This document shows, piece by piece, positions 1 to 13,100 of a stretch of DNA of 64,000 nt. The DNA is from Amoebophrya sp. A120 (taxonomy: Eukaryota > Protista > Dinoflagellata), in contig CAJINV010000005.1 of assembly GCA_905178155.1 (NCBI GenBank), positions 4,645,036-4,709,035 of the forward strand, in the 5' to 3' direction. A program made the translations under genes and the position numbers. Under the pieces are notes generated by a model that searched no databases, was not told the origin of the DNA, and was given only the letters and a program-made list of their open reading frames with translations. Numbering within the stretch: position 1 is the first letter of the stretch; every line of letters starts with the position of its first letter.

Positions 1-433
1 GTATCAATAAGTACGCACTAAAGTAGAAGCCTGGAGATGATGGGATTTTTTCCTTCTCCTCAATCTATCACCCAAGCTGCGATTGCGCAAAAGCGAATCT
101 CACTTCTGTAGTATTTCGTGCTGATATCGTCAAATCAAGTTCGAGCTCTAAGAAGCGCGTGCGCAACGCTTCTTGCGTTTTCATCATCCGAAGAAGATGT
201 GAAAAGGAACGACCAAATTGTCCTCGTGGTCCTCGTCGTAGTGCAATTCGATTCGTAAAAATCAAACAGAGTACTAAACTACAACTCTTCTCGTTCTCGG
301 TACACCTGATTTTGTTTTTATCACTAGATTTACATTTAGATGAAATAAAACCTCGTCGCGGCGTACAACTGCGCCCATTGAGGACGCAGCTGTCCCGCGG
401 TAAAAATTACTCCTTCCCCTGTCCTAGTATTCA

Positions 434-1270
434 TTAGTCGACAAACTTGATACTGTTGTCGACCAATAAATCACCAGCACTCATGCGCATTCCCCGCTTG
501 ATCTGCGTGCACAATTCCAAAGTCGCGCTGATCCGCGCTTGGTCCCCACTAGCAAAGGCCACCCGCAGAAGCTCCGCGTTGTTTTTTTCTACTTCTAGCA
601 CCCTTTCCGTTCGGATGCGCCTCAGCTCTTCGTTGAAACAATGCAGCCGGCGTTCGAACAATTGCATGGCCTGTTCCCACACGTTGTGCTGACAGGCATA
701 CCCCCGCCGGTAAAACTCCAGCCAGGACTGCGCCATCGGCCCGTGGTACTGTTGCTGCTGCAGAAGCTCCTGCCCAGGCTGCACCACCTGGTGCAGCAGA
801 GGCGGCTGCTGATCTTGCTGGTGAAGATGATCTGGGTGAAGGTTGTGCGGAGCTCCCTGCGAAGTAGAAGATCCGGAGGAAGCCGAAGCTGTAGTCCTAG
901 TTGTCTTTGTCACACGTAAATCCAGCAGTTGCTGTTGCATGCACGACACCGCTGCAACAAGGGTAGTACCAGCCTGTTCAATATTTGCACCTGCCGGCGA
1001 AGTAGATGTCCCGGGCGCACTGCAGTCGCTCGTGCAAAATCTACTGTAGTCTTCGTGTGCAGCACCAGGCGTATTGGCGTCGGGTTCTGCAGCTTCTACT
1101 TCAGAGGCGTCTTTATCTTGTCCTGCCTTCTCCTGTTGTTCGGCAACTACATGATCATCCCGCACTTTAATCTTTTCCGCTTGTATGATCGGATACCGAA
1201 TTTGCAGAAACCCGAGCAGCCCATTTTCCTCCCGCTCCTTCTCTTCCGCTTCTAAAATCTTCTCTCTCTT
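434..1270 (-). pseudogene. Duplicated 3' end of the 7191-15673 gene (5'-truncated paralog or terminal exon)
   Basis: The ORF at 434-1165 closely matches ORF 7191-8057. Homology also covers the 3' flank (1-433 vs 5229-5253 plus 6779-7190) and stops near 1270. Confidence 0.6.
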
Positions 1271-1416
1271 AACAAGAGGGTAAGTACCGCAACATCATCT
1301 TCACTTTCGATATTAGAATCGTCCAAAAAAAACAGGAGTTGATGATAGATACATCACTTACAGATTGAAATGGAGGCTATCAAAAGATAAAAAGGCCCCA
1401 CAAAATCATACACAAC

Positions 1417-2446
1417 ATACGGCTGCAGCTCTGTCGTTTTGTACTATGTTTTCGATGCAAGTCTATGAGAGTGAAAAAGCGATTCAATTTGGGGCGATTC
1501 AAAAATTTCTATTTTTTTTGCTTTTTTTCAGTATTCCCAACGGTATGCTGCTGATTTTGTTGATCGTCTTTATTTGAAGCGTGACGGTTCACGTCGTCCG
1601 CAGAAAAGGTATGCAATTAAGTAGCTAGGCTGGTCCCACCTTGAACTAGATGCAAGAGGCACTGAAGATTATCGGACACCTTGCATCAAGCAGGCACTTT
1701 GTCTGGCGCATTATGATAAGAATTCAAGGAAGTGATGGGCGACCGCCGCCAACTTGTCCAGGGGCCCCTTGTATGGGACCCAGGTAACGGCTCAAAATAG
1801 GCGGACTCATCAAGAAGCTCTTTATCTAATCGCCTCCATCCACTTGCAGTCCTCATGTTATGCCTCTGTTTCTGTTGGCCATTTGTGTTTGAATTTGCTT
1901 GGCATCATGGAGCCCGCAGCAAATGAAATGGAAGAGGGTAGCTGAGCTGGTCGCGCCTTGAACTAGACGCAGCAAAGGTCACAAGCCCACCGAAAAGGAT
2001 GCTCCAAAGGAGCGCGTTGGTCTACCTGCGTAGCAAACCAGCAGAGAGGGCAAAAGGCGCGAAAGGTAGAGCGCCACTACCTTGTCCAGGGGCGAGCCCC
2101 ATGGGCACAGCCCGGCGGGGCGGAGCTGCTTGACCGTGGCAGACCTGGGCAAGGTACGTGGCCCGGCACTCGTGTGTGGCTTCTGATCAGGCGCAATAGT
2201 CGGCACGGCAGGGCGCCTGGTATTGGCCGGCCATTGCATTCCTTTGAACAAGTCACGACAAGGGGTGGGGGTGGCGCCCTCCACTGTCGTGACATTATGT
2301 TCCCAAGGAGGCGCGACTCTTGGCCCTTTGCCAGTTTAACAACTACAGCCCCTACTAGAGCTGCGGCGCGTGTGCCTTCGAAGGTTGGCCTTTCGGGGAT
2401 ACGGCTGCAGCTCTGTCGTTTCGTACTATGTTTTCGATGCAAGTCT
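1417..2446. mobile_element. 934-bp insert (1465-2398) flanked by a 48-bp direct repeat
   Basis: atacggctgcagc...gcaagtct at 1417-1464 and 2399-2446, one mismatch. Confidence 0.55.
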
Positions 2447-3372
2447 CGCTCTTGCTTGCGCTTGTGCGGATTGACTTGCTTATCCTTTTTTAATGCTCAT
2501 CAAAATATTTCAGAGCGCGGAAATCCTGAACAAACTTAGTATGCTTTCTAGTAGCAGCCATGGCTTTCAACGACGATCGAGACTTTTAATATTCCTTGCA
2601 CATGATGAAGATCAACAGTAAGTTGTCTATGCTTTTGCTCGGTGACCTTGGATCCAGTCGAAAATCTCAATCTGCTGGATCCATGCGAAATTCTTTTTCT
2701 TTCGTCATCGCCGGACTTGTTTGAAGATGAACCTTTTGGCGACGTTTACTATGTGCAAGTGTGAGCATTTTAATTTTTGCTCCGGGTGTAAGTAGATCAT
2801 CCTCAGAGAAGATCTTTCTTTTCTGCGCAGAGACACACGACCCGACAGAAGAACAACAAAGCCCGTAGGTACTTATCCGGAAGAATTCCGCAGGCCTCAG
2901 ATGCGTTGCATCTAAAAGAGATCTGCGCGAAGTGGTGTTTGGACAACTTCTTACTTTCTAATTCTACTCCTTTCTGATGAATGATCTAGCGCATGTATAA
3001 ACCCCAAAAACTTTGCACGTGTTTCTTTTTTTTCTTTAATTGGAAAAATCTTTAACTGTAGTTACATGGAAAAATCTGCCTCGTCGCCCTCGCATCTCAA
3101 CTAGATAGACGGCGACAGTCGTGAGTATTTGTGTAGTCAAATGGCTTTTCTATTCGACTCCGTGTTGCAGTTCCTTCTCGTGTGGTGTGCTGCGTCAAAA
3201 TCTCATCGATACGCGGTGCAGCATACGATAGCATTAGCATCGTCTGCAGTGCGAAAAAAATTTGTACGTGCTGGGCACGTTTGTCATACAGTATATGGAC
3301 CAGTCATCTACTTACCTCCACAACACACTCAATAAGCCTCAACTAGATCACCCAGACCCCAACATCACCCTG

Positions 3373-4230
3373 TTACTGTGGTCGACCGTAGCAGGAAAAT
3401 GGAGATGGTAGACCTGCTGTATACATTGGCTGACAAATGTCTCTTCCCCCCCACAGCATCTCACGACCTGCTTCCTCTGGAGGTAGAACTTCGGGACCAG
3501 TGGAAAACGGGACTTCCATTCCTTCAATATTTTGACGGAGCTCGATCATCTCAAAATCTTTTTCAACTTCATGCGCTTCTTCTCGGCCAGCATTTCTTGG
3601 CCCAAGGTCATAAGCCGGCTCACTGTCACTCGTCGGAACGAGCCCGAGTCCGAAGATTGAATCGATGTAATGCTTGTTTCCGGTCGAGGCCACAAAACGA
3701 TCCTCGGCCGCGCGGTCCTCTACTTCACGACTCGGCAGGCCGTTTTTACGTACCGGACGTTGCGCCGGAGAATGGCTTCTGTCTCTTCCGCCACAAAAAC
3801 GAGCCCAGTCAGTTTTTCTGGCCCGCATATTAGCTCCGAGCGAGAAGGAGCGGGCTGTAATCCTGCTAGGCAAGGACTTATCTATCACGGGAGTTCCTTC
3901 CTTATGAAAACCCGTAATACTGCAAACGTCCGCCATGGCCAACTTCACTTGCGGCTCCTCAAGATCCGGCATTTCTTCTAACTCCTTCAGCAAGTCTTCG
4001 CTTTGATCAGGAGCTTGTGCGCATCGGAGTCTTGGCGGCGCTGGGGTCTTCATCTTCTTCAGCGAGGCACCTGAGGCGAAAGACCACGTGCTTGTTGCGG
4101 TGCTACCGGTAGTTGTGCCGTAAGAATAAAACTCGGTAGCCGCAAGGGACCAACAAACCACAGCGAGAAGCGAAGAGAGGGACCGGCGTCCCAGAACTTC
4201 GAGCATAGAATGTGCAAAAGAAACGACCAT
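3373..4230 (-). CDS. Hypothetical protein, 285 aa, with signal-peptide-like N-terminus
   Basis: Uninterrupted ORF with hydrophobic segment LSSLLAVVCWSLAA, on the same strand as all neighbouring genes. No recognised domain. Confidence 0.55.
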   Translation of the reverse strand: MVVSFAHSMLEVLGRRSLSSLLAVVCWSLAATEFYSYGTTTGSTATSTWSFASGASLKKMKTPAPPRLRCAQAPDQSEDLLKELEEMPDLEEPQVKLAMADVCSITGFHKEGTPVIDKSLPSRITARSFSLGANMRARKTDWARFCGGRDRSHSPAQRPVRKNGLPSREVEDRAAEDRFVASTGNKHYIDSIFGLGLVPTSDSEPAYDLGPRNAGREEAHEVEKDFEMIELRQNIEGMEVPFSTGPEVLPPEEAGREMLWGGRDICQPMYTAGLPSPFSCYGRPQ

Positions 4231-5253
4231 CTTGGGAATGTTTTTGGAGAGAAGAACCTACTCGATGTTGCTGCTGGCAGAACTTCTATTTGCTCTGCGA
4301 AAAACGTACTGTGGTCTGTAAGTGAATGCTTGCAAAATCAAAAAAATGGTAAAAATACAAAAAATTGATTCGATTGGACAAGGCTGGTACTGCGTATCTA
4401 TGCTTTTAAAGCAAAAAGGGTTGCACAATTACTTGATGGCGGACAAAATAGCAGCTACTTGTTAACAACGTCGACGAAGTTCACGAGTATCGTGTTCAGC
4501 AGAGAATATGGCAGTGCAAAAACCTGAATCTTCTTGAGAAAACATCTTTTTTTCTAGCCAACATGGTCAAAGACAACGCGGAGCTGCAAATGCAATGGCA
4601 TTTCGTGCAGCCCATAAATTTTGATTTTTGAGGAGAACAGGAGGATCGCGTGGGATCAAATTTTGGATCGTAACCTTTTCGATTTTTGATCTACATTTTC
4701 AGGTTGCAATTTTTCTTCACCGAATTTCAACAATTGAGATGAGCTGCGGATCATCGGATATGTCCTACATACAAGTTGTTCCAATGCGAACTCTTTATCG
4801 AATACATGATGAGGACGTCAGCACGGGCCCACAACAATTTGATTTTTTTTCTACCACGTAAAAATTATGGCCGCAGGTCGCGAGCAACTATATCACGTAA
4901 GTCTTCAGTCTTATCTCATTTTCTGACTTGTTCTCCTCCATGTTGTTGTACCTGCCGTCAACTGACGTGAAAAAGTGCGAATTTCATTTTCGTTGTTTTT
5001 TTTGTCGAGGATGTAGTGGACTTTGTTGAAGATGCTTCCTCCTTTGCTTTTAGCACGACGGCCACAAGAAAATTACTTCTCACCTCATGATGATACAAGA
5101 ATTTTTTAGAGTCGTACGGATTTTCTATTTTTCAAGAGTGGCAGCGTTAATATCCACCTTCCAGCCAGTGCAAAGAACTTCACTCACAGCGAAATTATTT
5201 TTGTACGTTGCATTTTGATTTTCTTTTTGTATCAATAAGTACGCACTAATGTA

Positions 5254-6773
5254 TATAACGCGATCAACTGTTAAATCAAAAAATATTTTCAAATTTTTCT
5301 TTAAGTATCGGAAAGCGCGCGCGCAGAAGCCCACCAGAATCGGCGAGCAAAGAATCCGCACACAGCGCGCAGATCTTGAGCATTCAAACTGACTTATGCT
5401 AGAGTCGGGCGCCGAGTCGAGCCCTCGACCGGTCGCACAGTTGTGCTGCACGGGCCCGGGTAAAAAGGCCGCCGCACGGAGTCGCGTAGCCTTTGGGGCA
5501 ATTTGCGCGGCTCCGGAAGCATGACGGTGAAGCGGGCGCGGAAAGCTATCATATCGGAGACTAGCTAGACGCCCGTCTTGTCTTGTCCACCAATTTGCCA
5601 CGGCCTCTGAAGCTCGCCTGTCGCGGAAGACATGTTGGTTTTCTTAGTGAACCTCATGGCGCGCGGCCATTGTTGCAATGAAGGAACAGGCGCTGGCCAG
5701 CGGGATGGCGTTTTTGGGCGAAGCTTGTGTGCCCTTCGCTCAGATTTCGCGACTGTTATTTTCGGGCGGCAGGCTGCGTGGCGTTTCCACCATGCGCAGC
5801 TTGGGCCCTACAAGTCCGCCACAGTGTTGGCAGAAACCCGTGCGCCCGCCTTCAGGTCGGGGCTCCGGGGTTGGCCGTTCGCTTTGCTCCAGGAGTGGGG
5901 GGCGCTGACCTTGTCCTGCGGAAAGGTGAGAGCCGAAGTCTGGCCTTTCGAGGCGTTCCCGGAGGTCCCCAAGGGAGGTCCTCAAGGGACCTCTACGAGG
6001 AGGTCTCATACCATCGGGCGAAGATTTTCCGAACCATTCCACTTTTGGTCGGATTTAGGAGGTCCCTCGGGGAGGTCCCCCGGGGAGGTCCCGAAGCAGC
6101 ACAAATCCAAAGCAATGCAGGTCGAATTGCCTCAGGGCAACAGGCATGCCGGGGCTGGCCTTGTGGATCCCCATCCTGGCTCCTCCGCCGCCAGTGGGGC
6201 AGCAAGGCTTTTGCGCCATGTTTCGACGCACTCCTCTATCCGCGGCGCGGGTGACGGCAGTCTTATGGTCGGCTTCGCGTCTGGTAATTTGGCAATGCCT
6301 CTGACGGCTTGTCTTCCCATCCCGCTGCGATCCAGGCTCTGCCCCCGTGCCAGGGCAGGAGCTCAAATGATCCGGGTCTAATAGGAAGGGAGCAGAGCCA
6401 TGCCTTCGAGCGGGGTCTGGGCTTCTAAGGCCACACGGCTGCGGCGGCGCCACTCGCCTCGTGTCAGACAGCATCCAGCTGGGGTCGTGGCATGCCTTGC
6501 TGGAGGGCTTTTGCGGAGCTCTTGCGCTGTTGCCCCCCGAAGCCACTTCCCGACAGGCGATTTTTTTGGCCCTTGCGCTGCGATGGCCGGCGCGTACTCG
6601 CAATGAGCACGCAAGCGGCAACTAGAAACCGAGACGGCAGGGGCGACAGAAAAAGAGCACGACTCTTTTCAGGCAAAACATTCCAAGGCCGGTCGAGGTT
6701 GCGCGGCAACACACTTCTACACTTGAAAAAAAATTTGAAAACTTTTTTTGATTCAACAGTTGAACGCGTTATA
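5254..6773. mobile_element. 1520-bp non-autonomous TIR element (TAT...ATA ends, 5-bp TSD atgta)
   Basis: About 50-bp imperfect TIRs tataacgcgatcaactgttaaatcaaaaa / tttttgattcaacagttgaacgcgttata. TSD at 5249-5253 and 6774-6778. Empty site in the paralogous sequence at 1-50. Confidence 0.9.
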
Positions 6774-7190
6774 ATGTAGCCTGGAGATGATGGGATTTTT
6801 TCCTTCTCCTCAATCACCCAATTGCGCATCAAAAGTAAATCATCAAAATCTCATTTGTATAGTATTTCGTGCTGATATCCTCGTTATCGTCAAATGAACT
6901 TCGAGCTCAAAGAAGCGCGTGCGCAACGCTTCTGTTTCAGAGGACTTTTTCCGAACAAGGTGTGAAAAACAACGACCAACTTGTTCTCGTCCTCGTCGTA
7001 GTGCAATTCGATTCGTTTTCGTAATCAAACAGAGTACTAAAGTACAACTCTCTCGGTACACAAGATTTTGTTTTATTTTATCACTAGATTTAGATGAAAT
7101 AAAACCTCGTCGCGTACAACTGCGCCCATTGAGGACGCAGCTGCCCCACGGCAAAAATTACTCCTTCGCCCTCCCCTGTCCTAGTATTCA

Positions 7191-10100
7191 TTAGTCGACA
7201 AATTTCATACTTGTTTTGTCGACCAAATCACCAGCACTCATCCGCATTCCCCGCTTGATCTGCGTGCATAGTTCCAAAGTCGCACTGATCCGCGCGTGGT
7301 CCCCGCTGGCAAAGGCCACGCGCAAAAGCTCCGCGTTGTTTTTTTCTACTTCCAGCACCCTTTCCGTCCGAATGCGCTTCAGCTCTTCGTTGAAACAATG
7401 CAGCCGCCGTTCAAATAACTTCATGGCCTGTTCCCACACGTTTTGCTGACAGGTATACCCCCGCCGGTAAAACTCCAGCCAGGACTGCGCCATGGGCCCG
7501 TGGTATTGTTGCTGCTGCAGAAGCTCCTGCACTGGCTGCACCACCTGGTGCAGCAGAGGCGGCTGCTGATGTTGCTGGTGAAGATGATCTGGGTGAAGGT
7601 TGCTTTGCGCTCCCTGGGAAGTAGAAGATCCGGAGATGGAAGCCGCAGCTGCAGAAGTCCTCGTTGTCACACACAAAGCAAGTAGTTGCTGTTGCATGCA
7701 CGACACCGATGCAACAAGGGTAGTACCAGCCTGTTCAACATTTCTTGCACCTCCTTCCGGCGAAGTAGATGTCCCGGGCGCAATGTAGTGGTCGCTCGTG
7801 CAAAATCTACTGTGGTCTTCGTGTGCAGCGCCTCCACCAGGCACATTGGCGTCGTGGTCTGCTTTTTCCGAGACGGCTTTATCTTGTCCTGCCTTCTCCT
7901 GTTGTTCGGCAACTACATGATCATCCCGCACTTTAATATTTTCCGCTTGTATAATCGGATACCGAATCTGCAGAAACCCGAGCAGCCCATTCTCCTGTCG
8001 CTCCTTCTCTTCTGCTTCTAAAATCTTCTCCCTCTTCACCGCCGCACGCTCGCCCATGATATTGTATCAAATGCAAATATGTTTGGTTCTGGAAGGATGC
8101 AGATTTTTGCCACGCTGTTTTTCCATGACACGGAAGGTCTGGCAAGCAAGGTTTAGCATTACAGGTTTTTTGAGAAGCTGCGACGAAGACGATGCCTCGG
8201 CCCGCATGACAAATCCCCTAGTTTTTCGGTGACAAAAATGGGCAGCTCTTGCTGTCTATGCATGAGAGATTTTTGTGTGCTGTGAGATGCGCGTCACAAG
8301 TTCCGTCTTTCCCGACCCAGACATTTTTGCAGTTGATATATTGACGAAAGCTTGCAAACTCGGCGAGCTGACGAAATTCTTCGCGGTGCAAGAGAATAAT
8401 AAGCTTTCCAGAACTTTCGTCTCTCGTTGCATTGCCTCTTGAAATCTCTGGTCATGAGGATGCTGGCGCCCTTGTTCTTTGCAGCTGGGAAGCAGTTCCA
8501 TGGCCGTCGTCGGAGGTTCTGGTCCTGTAGGAGAACACGAACAGGAAGATGTTGCTTCGGCAGAAGATAAACCAGCTGGATCATTTATTGTACAACCGTT
8601 GGAGCGGCCCCCGGGGGCCCCCTGCTCTGCATGGCCGCTAGCTCCTGTCATGCTTTCAAGCTGCTCCACAAACCTGGTGATCCTTTTGCAGTCCTCTTCC
8701 GACGCCCCGGCATGGTGCTGTTGCAGTTTCTTGCAGAAGGATAACTGCTCAGCAGTCAGGCCTACGACGAATTGTGGACGCGGACACAAGGGCTGCAGCA
8801 TCTGTTTATTTTCTCGGTGGTCGAGTTTTTCTGGATCGTCGTGCTCTCGCCGTGCCGTCGGGGAAGTGAGATCTTTGGTACTACTACAACTACTATCCCG
8901 TGGGTAGTTCTCCTTGATAAACTCATCGATCGGGGAACTGAACCCCCCCTCGGCAGTTCGGACGCGCCGACAACTTTCTTCCTATCAAGTGTAAAAGTGT
9001 CTGGGTCTGGAAGAGTGCGCGATTTGTCATGCAGATTTTCCATGACCCATGAGGTCTGGAATGCAGGACCTAGCATGACAGATTCAGATTCTGCGCGATC
9101 TCTCTCATGCCTATCCTGCATGAGAAACTCCCTCCCGAATTGGTCAAAACTGGACGACTTTTGGTAATCATGCAACACAGATTTTTGCATGCTTCAGATT
9201 TCGCATGACAAGTTGCATTTTTCCAGACCCAGACATTTTTACACTTGATACTTCCACATGCCTCTCCAATTCAGCGGCGATCAACCCGTCAATTGCAGCG
9301 CAGGTGTATGAACTGCAAAGTGTCGTCCTATCGTACTCGTATAAATGCATGGCAAATTCCCTCAGCATGAGAAATAAAATTTGTAATGCGTATTTACCTT
9401 GAGAAAAAAACTTGTAGTGCATGACTGCAATACGAGTACGATACTTTTGCACAGGATAAGGCGCACCGGAGCCAGGACTCTTGCACCGGGTTTTCTGGGC
9501 AGCGGAGGGGGAGGTCGTCCTGAAGTAGAAGACCACAGGTCGTGGTTTGTTCACCTTGCAGATGAGGCTGATGGTCTTCATCTTCATCTTGCGACAGATT
9601 TTGTTGCTCATCCGCGCCAGCAGCTTTATTACCTCCAGGCGTCGTCCGAGATGTGCTCCTTGACTTCAACTCCGCAGACTTAAAGCAGTATCCAATCATA
9701 CTCTTCACGTGCTCAGGCACGTCGTCTTCCGTCACCCATTGCATAAAATCATCACAGTCCACTTGTTTTTCGTCGCGTTGCAAGAAAGAACCATGATCCG
9801 CGGCCGTGACCTGGTGGTTTCTGTCCGTGTGCTCCTGTCGTGGCTCCTGTAGGACCTGCTCCGTCATCAATTTATTAGCCTCGCCTACTTTTCTTGAAGA
9901 AAGGGGCGCAGCTGTTGTGCTGTTGCTAGGCCGATCCTCCGGTTGTCGTCTAGGGGCCCCCGCGGGTTGTTGTACGCCAGGAGGGGCTATGAAATGCAAA
10001 AGTGTCTGGGTCTGGAAGCTTGTAATGCTAAAAGTGAATGATAAACGCACTGCAATACGCAGCTATGGTACATGACAAATTTTTTGGCTGCGATGTATTA

Positions 10101-13100
10101 CGTATCATCATCATCATGTAGTGGACACCCTCTCCCAGCGCCACAGGTCAAGGATCCCCTCCCCGGGGGGTGGGCGAGGAAGCGCTTTCGGCAACCTCAT
10201 CATACATTACGTATTCCGCATGGCAAGCTGCGTTTTTGCATGACAGGTAAGAGAGCCTTTTTTACGTGGCTATGCAACACAGGAGATTCTCGAGTCATGC
10301 CAGACAAGCATGACAAACTTGCATTCTTCCAGACCCAAACATTTTTGCATTTGATAGGGGCTCCTGCAGCTCCACATCCTTGTCCTTCAACCGCCTCCTT
10401 CAAAAGTTGCGTTCCTTCATCGGCCAGTTTGCAAACCAGCGTGTTCAGCGCCAGTACGTCGTGGCGGTCGCTTTTGATCCCTTTATTTTTTCCGAGTTCT
10501 GGAGGTACAAGCCTCGGCATCTTGATCTTCTCCTCGTCCTCTCGTTCTTCAGTGGGACGAGGAAGAACAATCTGCGCATGTTGATTCCAAATCTCTTCAA
10601 ACCGGCCGGGTCTGAGGTGCACAGTTCTCCAGGCGTCTTCCGGCATGTGTTTCAGTAAGACCGCTGCAACCTTGTCAATGCACGCGGCTCGGGATAATTG
10701 TGATGATGCACTATCAAAAACCTCGTGCGAAGCTGCTGCTGCAGAAAGAAAAGAAGACGAGGATGAGGAAGAGGTCGAAGCTCCTGCACTCGGGAAAACA
10801 GAAGGAACATCAACGAGAAGCCCAACGTTCTTGCCGTTTCTGCAGCTTGCTGCGTTTTTTTCTTGTTCACCAGCATCGGCGTTCGGAGAACAAGTTGCAC
10901 TTCTAGAGCTGCATTTATTCTTCAGCGAAAAACTGTCGACAAGCAGCGTCGCGAAGTGCTTAGCTAAGACTGTGCTGTAATGTTGATCGTCGTGCTGCAG
11001 GTCATGATAACGTTTTGGTTTTTCGCCTGCATCTTCCACCCCAGTCCCAAATATCATCTCCGCGACCTCTTTCTGCCCGTCGGGAGAAGCTTGAACTTGG
11101 TCAACATGGTCGCAACGGGCTTGTTGCACAGGGGCACATCCTTCGGGGCGGTCAGCACCCACCTTCTGCTCTACTTCTATCATGGCCGAACTGACACTAG
11201 TTCTGCCTGTCGTGACCGCGTGCGCATCAGGATCATGCTCGCAAGGTCTTGTTGAAGCCTGCTCGATAGCCGTGAAGATCTTCGCCGGCTCTTGAAGCGC
11301 CGGCGTGCCGTCCTGCACAAAAACATCGTGGTCCCCGTGCGTCGAAATGTGAGCTGCACCAGTAGTACTACTTCTACGCTCATGTGTACTAGTAGTGCCG
11401 TCACGACCCCTCGCTGTACTAGTCATTTCACGAGAGGACCTCCCACTGTGGTGGTCTACAACTACGGGGCTGCTGCAGCCCCCGTAATGCTGTGCCATCC
11501 TGAGTTCTCTCGCCCGAGCAATGGTGCCCGGCAGTGGAGTATCCAAAAACAAAACTGTGTTTAGTGTAACCTTCTTTGGCTGACAGCACCACAGATTTCC
11601 TCTCCATGATAGAGACAAGCTGTAATGCGTGGCTTGTAAGGGAAAACACACATGGAAAGAGGACTTCATGGCTGTCTGGCATGACAGGGGTAACTCTCTT
11701 CCTCTTGCATGTTCTGCAACACAGAGTTACACTTACCCAGTTTTTTTCTTGCATATGGAGTTTTCGAGGCCACTTCCACGTATTCGTTTGTGGAGGAATA
11801 CACACGAAGCTGCGGTGGAGATGATGAACCTGCAGGCTGTGCTTGTTGTTGCCACGACTGGGATATCATATGTAAAAACATCCCCACCCCATAGTCAAGT
11901 TGGGAACTTAGCAACACAAATGCAGAAGCTTTGGGAGCCACGCATGACAAGTTGCAGTCCGCTTTGTAGTGCATGTTAACAAGGACGTCCGCATCACAAA
12001 TCCATCTGCTTATCCTGTTTGCAGCATTACAAATGCCAAAACACGATTGGATATGCCTGGCATGGGGAAGCGCATTACAAGCGTTCCTGTCATTGCAAAT
12101 CTGCATGGGGACGTTTTTACACAGGATATGGGACTGCGTTTGATGTTCTCTACTACTTCCGCCCTTGTTCTTTGGGCGACGCTGTTTATTTCCACGTTTG
12201 CCCCCGCGATTAGTACCACGTGCGTACAAGTTTGATGTTGTTGTTTCAGTTTCCGCGGCGCCGGACGTTGCGTCAGTGATGTAGTGGTCCACGGCCGGTG
12301 GTACTTCTACGGGTCGTTCATTGTGCTGATAATACGTGGTTCCCCCGAGAACAAAACTTGTGGTCCTCGCCATTGATGAAGAAGAGCTGGAGGCCGCAGT
12401 ACCGCCTGCGGCAAGAACATCAACCCCATGTAGTTCTTGCGGCCGCATTGCTTGGTCCGGCGTGCTGTGATCCATCTTGGGTGGAATAAAACCTCCACCT
12501 ACTTGCTGTCGGCCGCACGTATGATTTTCGTTATTGTGAGGATGTTCTTGCCCCCCACCTCTGGTGGCTTTTCCTGCACCTTGTGGCCCCCGCTGTGGTC
12601 CACGACCTGGGACGGAGCGAGCAGCTGCGGGGCGTTGGTGCGGCTGCAAGTTCTTCGGCCGCGACAAGTAGTCCCCATTATCCTCTTTGATGTTAATCGA
12701 CCACAAACTGCACGGATCATCTGCAGCTTCCTGCCCGGTCATTTCCCGGCGGGCGCGTAGTTCGTCGTACAGCTTTCCCTTATGAAGTGCAAAAGTGTCT
12801 GGGTCTGGAAACTTGTGATGCTAAAATGTGCATGATGAAAACACTTCCGAATGCAGTCCGGCATGACAACTTCCCAAAACGCTTTCTCATAGGCAATCCG
12901 CATGAGAAACTGCGTTTTTGCATGACAAAAGAGGCTGCGACTTTTGTTGGTTATGCGAATACAGATTTTCTAGGTATGGAAAGCTAGCATTACATACCAG
13001 TTCCAACCTTCCAGACCCAGATATTTTCACAATCGATATCCCTGCTGGTGCATCGACAGCTGGTTCCAGTACTCCCTTTGTTGCTGGTTCAGAAACGATT

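Noticed and set aside
5632-6381. 249-aa ORF as the transposase of the 1.5-kb element
   Set aside because: No DDE, HTH or zinc-binding motif is recognisable, and several overlapping ORFs are expected in GC-rich DNA.
10105-10205. Intronic C/D-box snoRNA (ATGATGA near the 5' end on the minus strand)
   Set aside because: No terminal CTGA D box; the TSD and tandem tail fit an insertion better.
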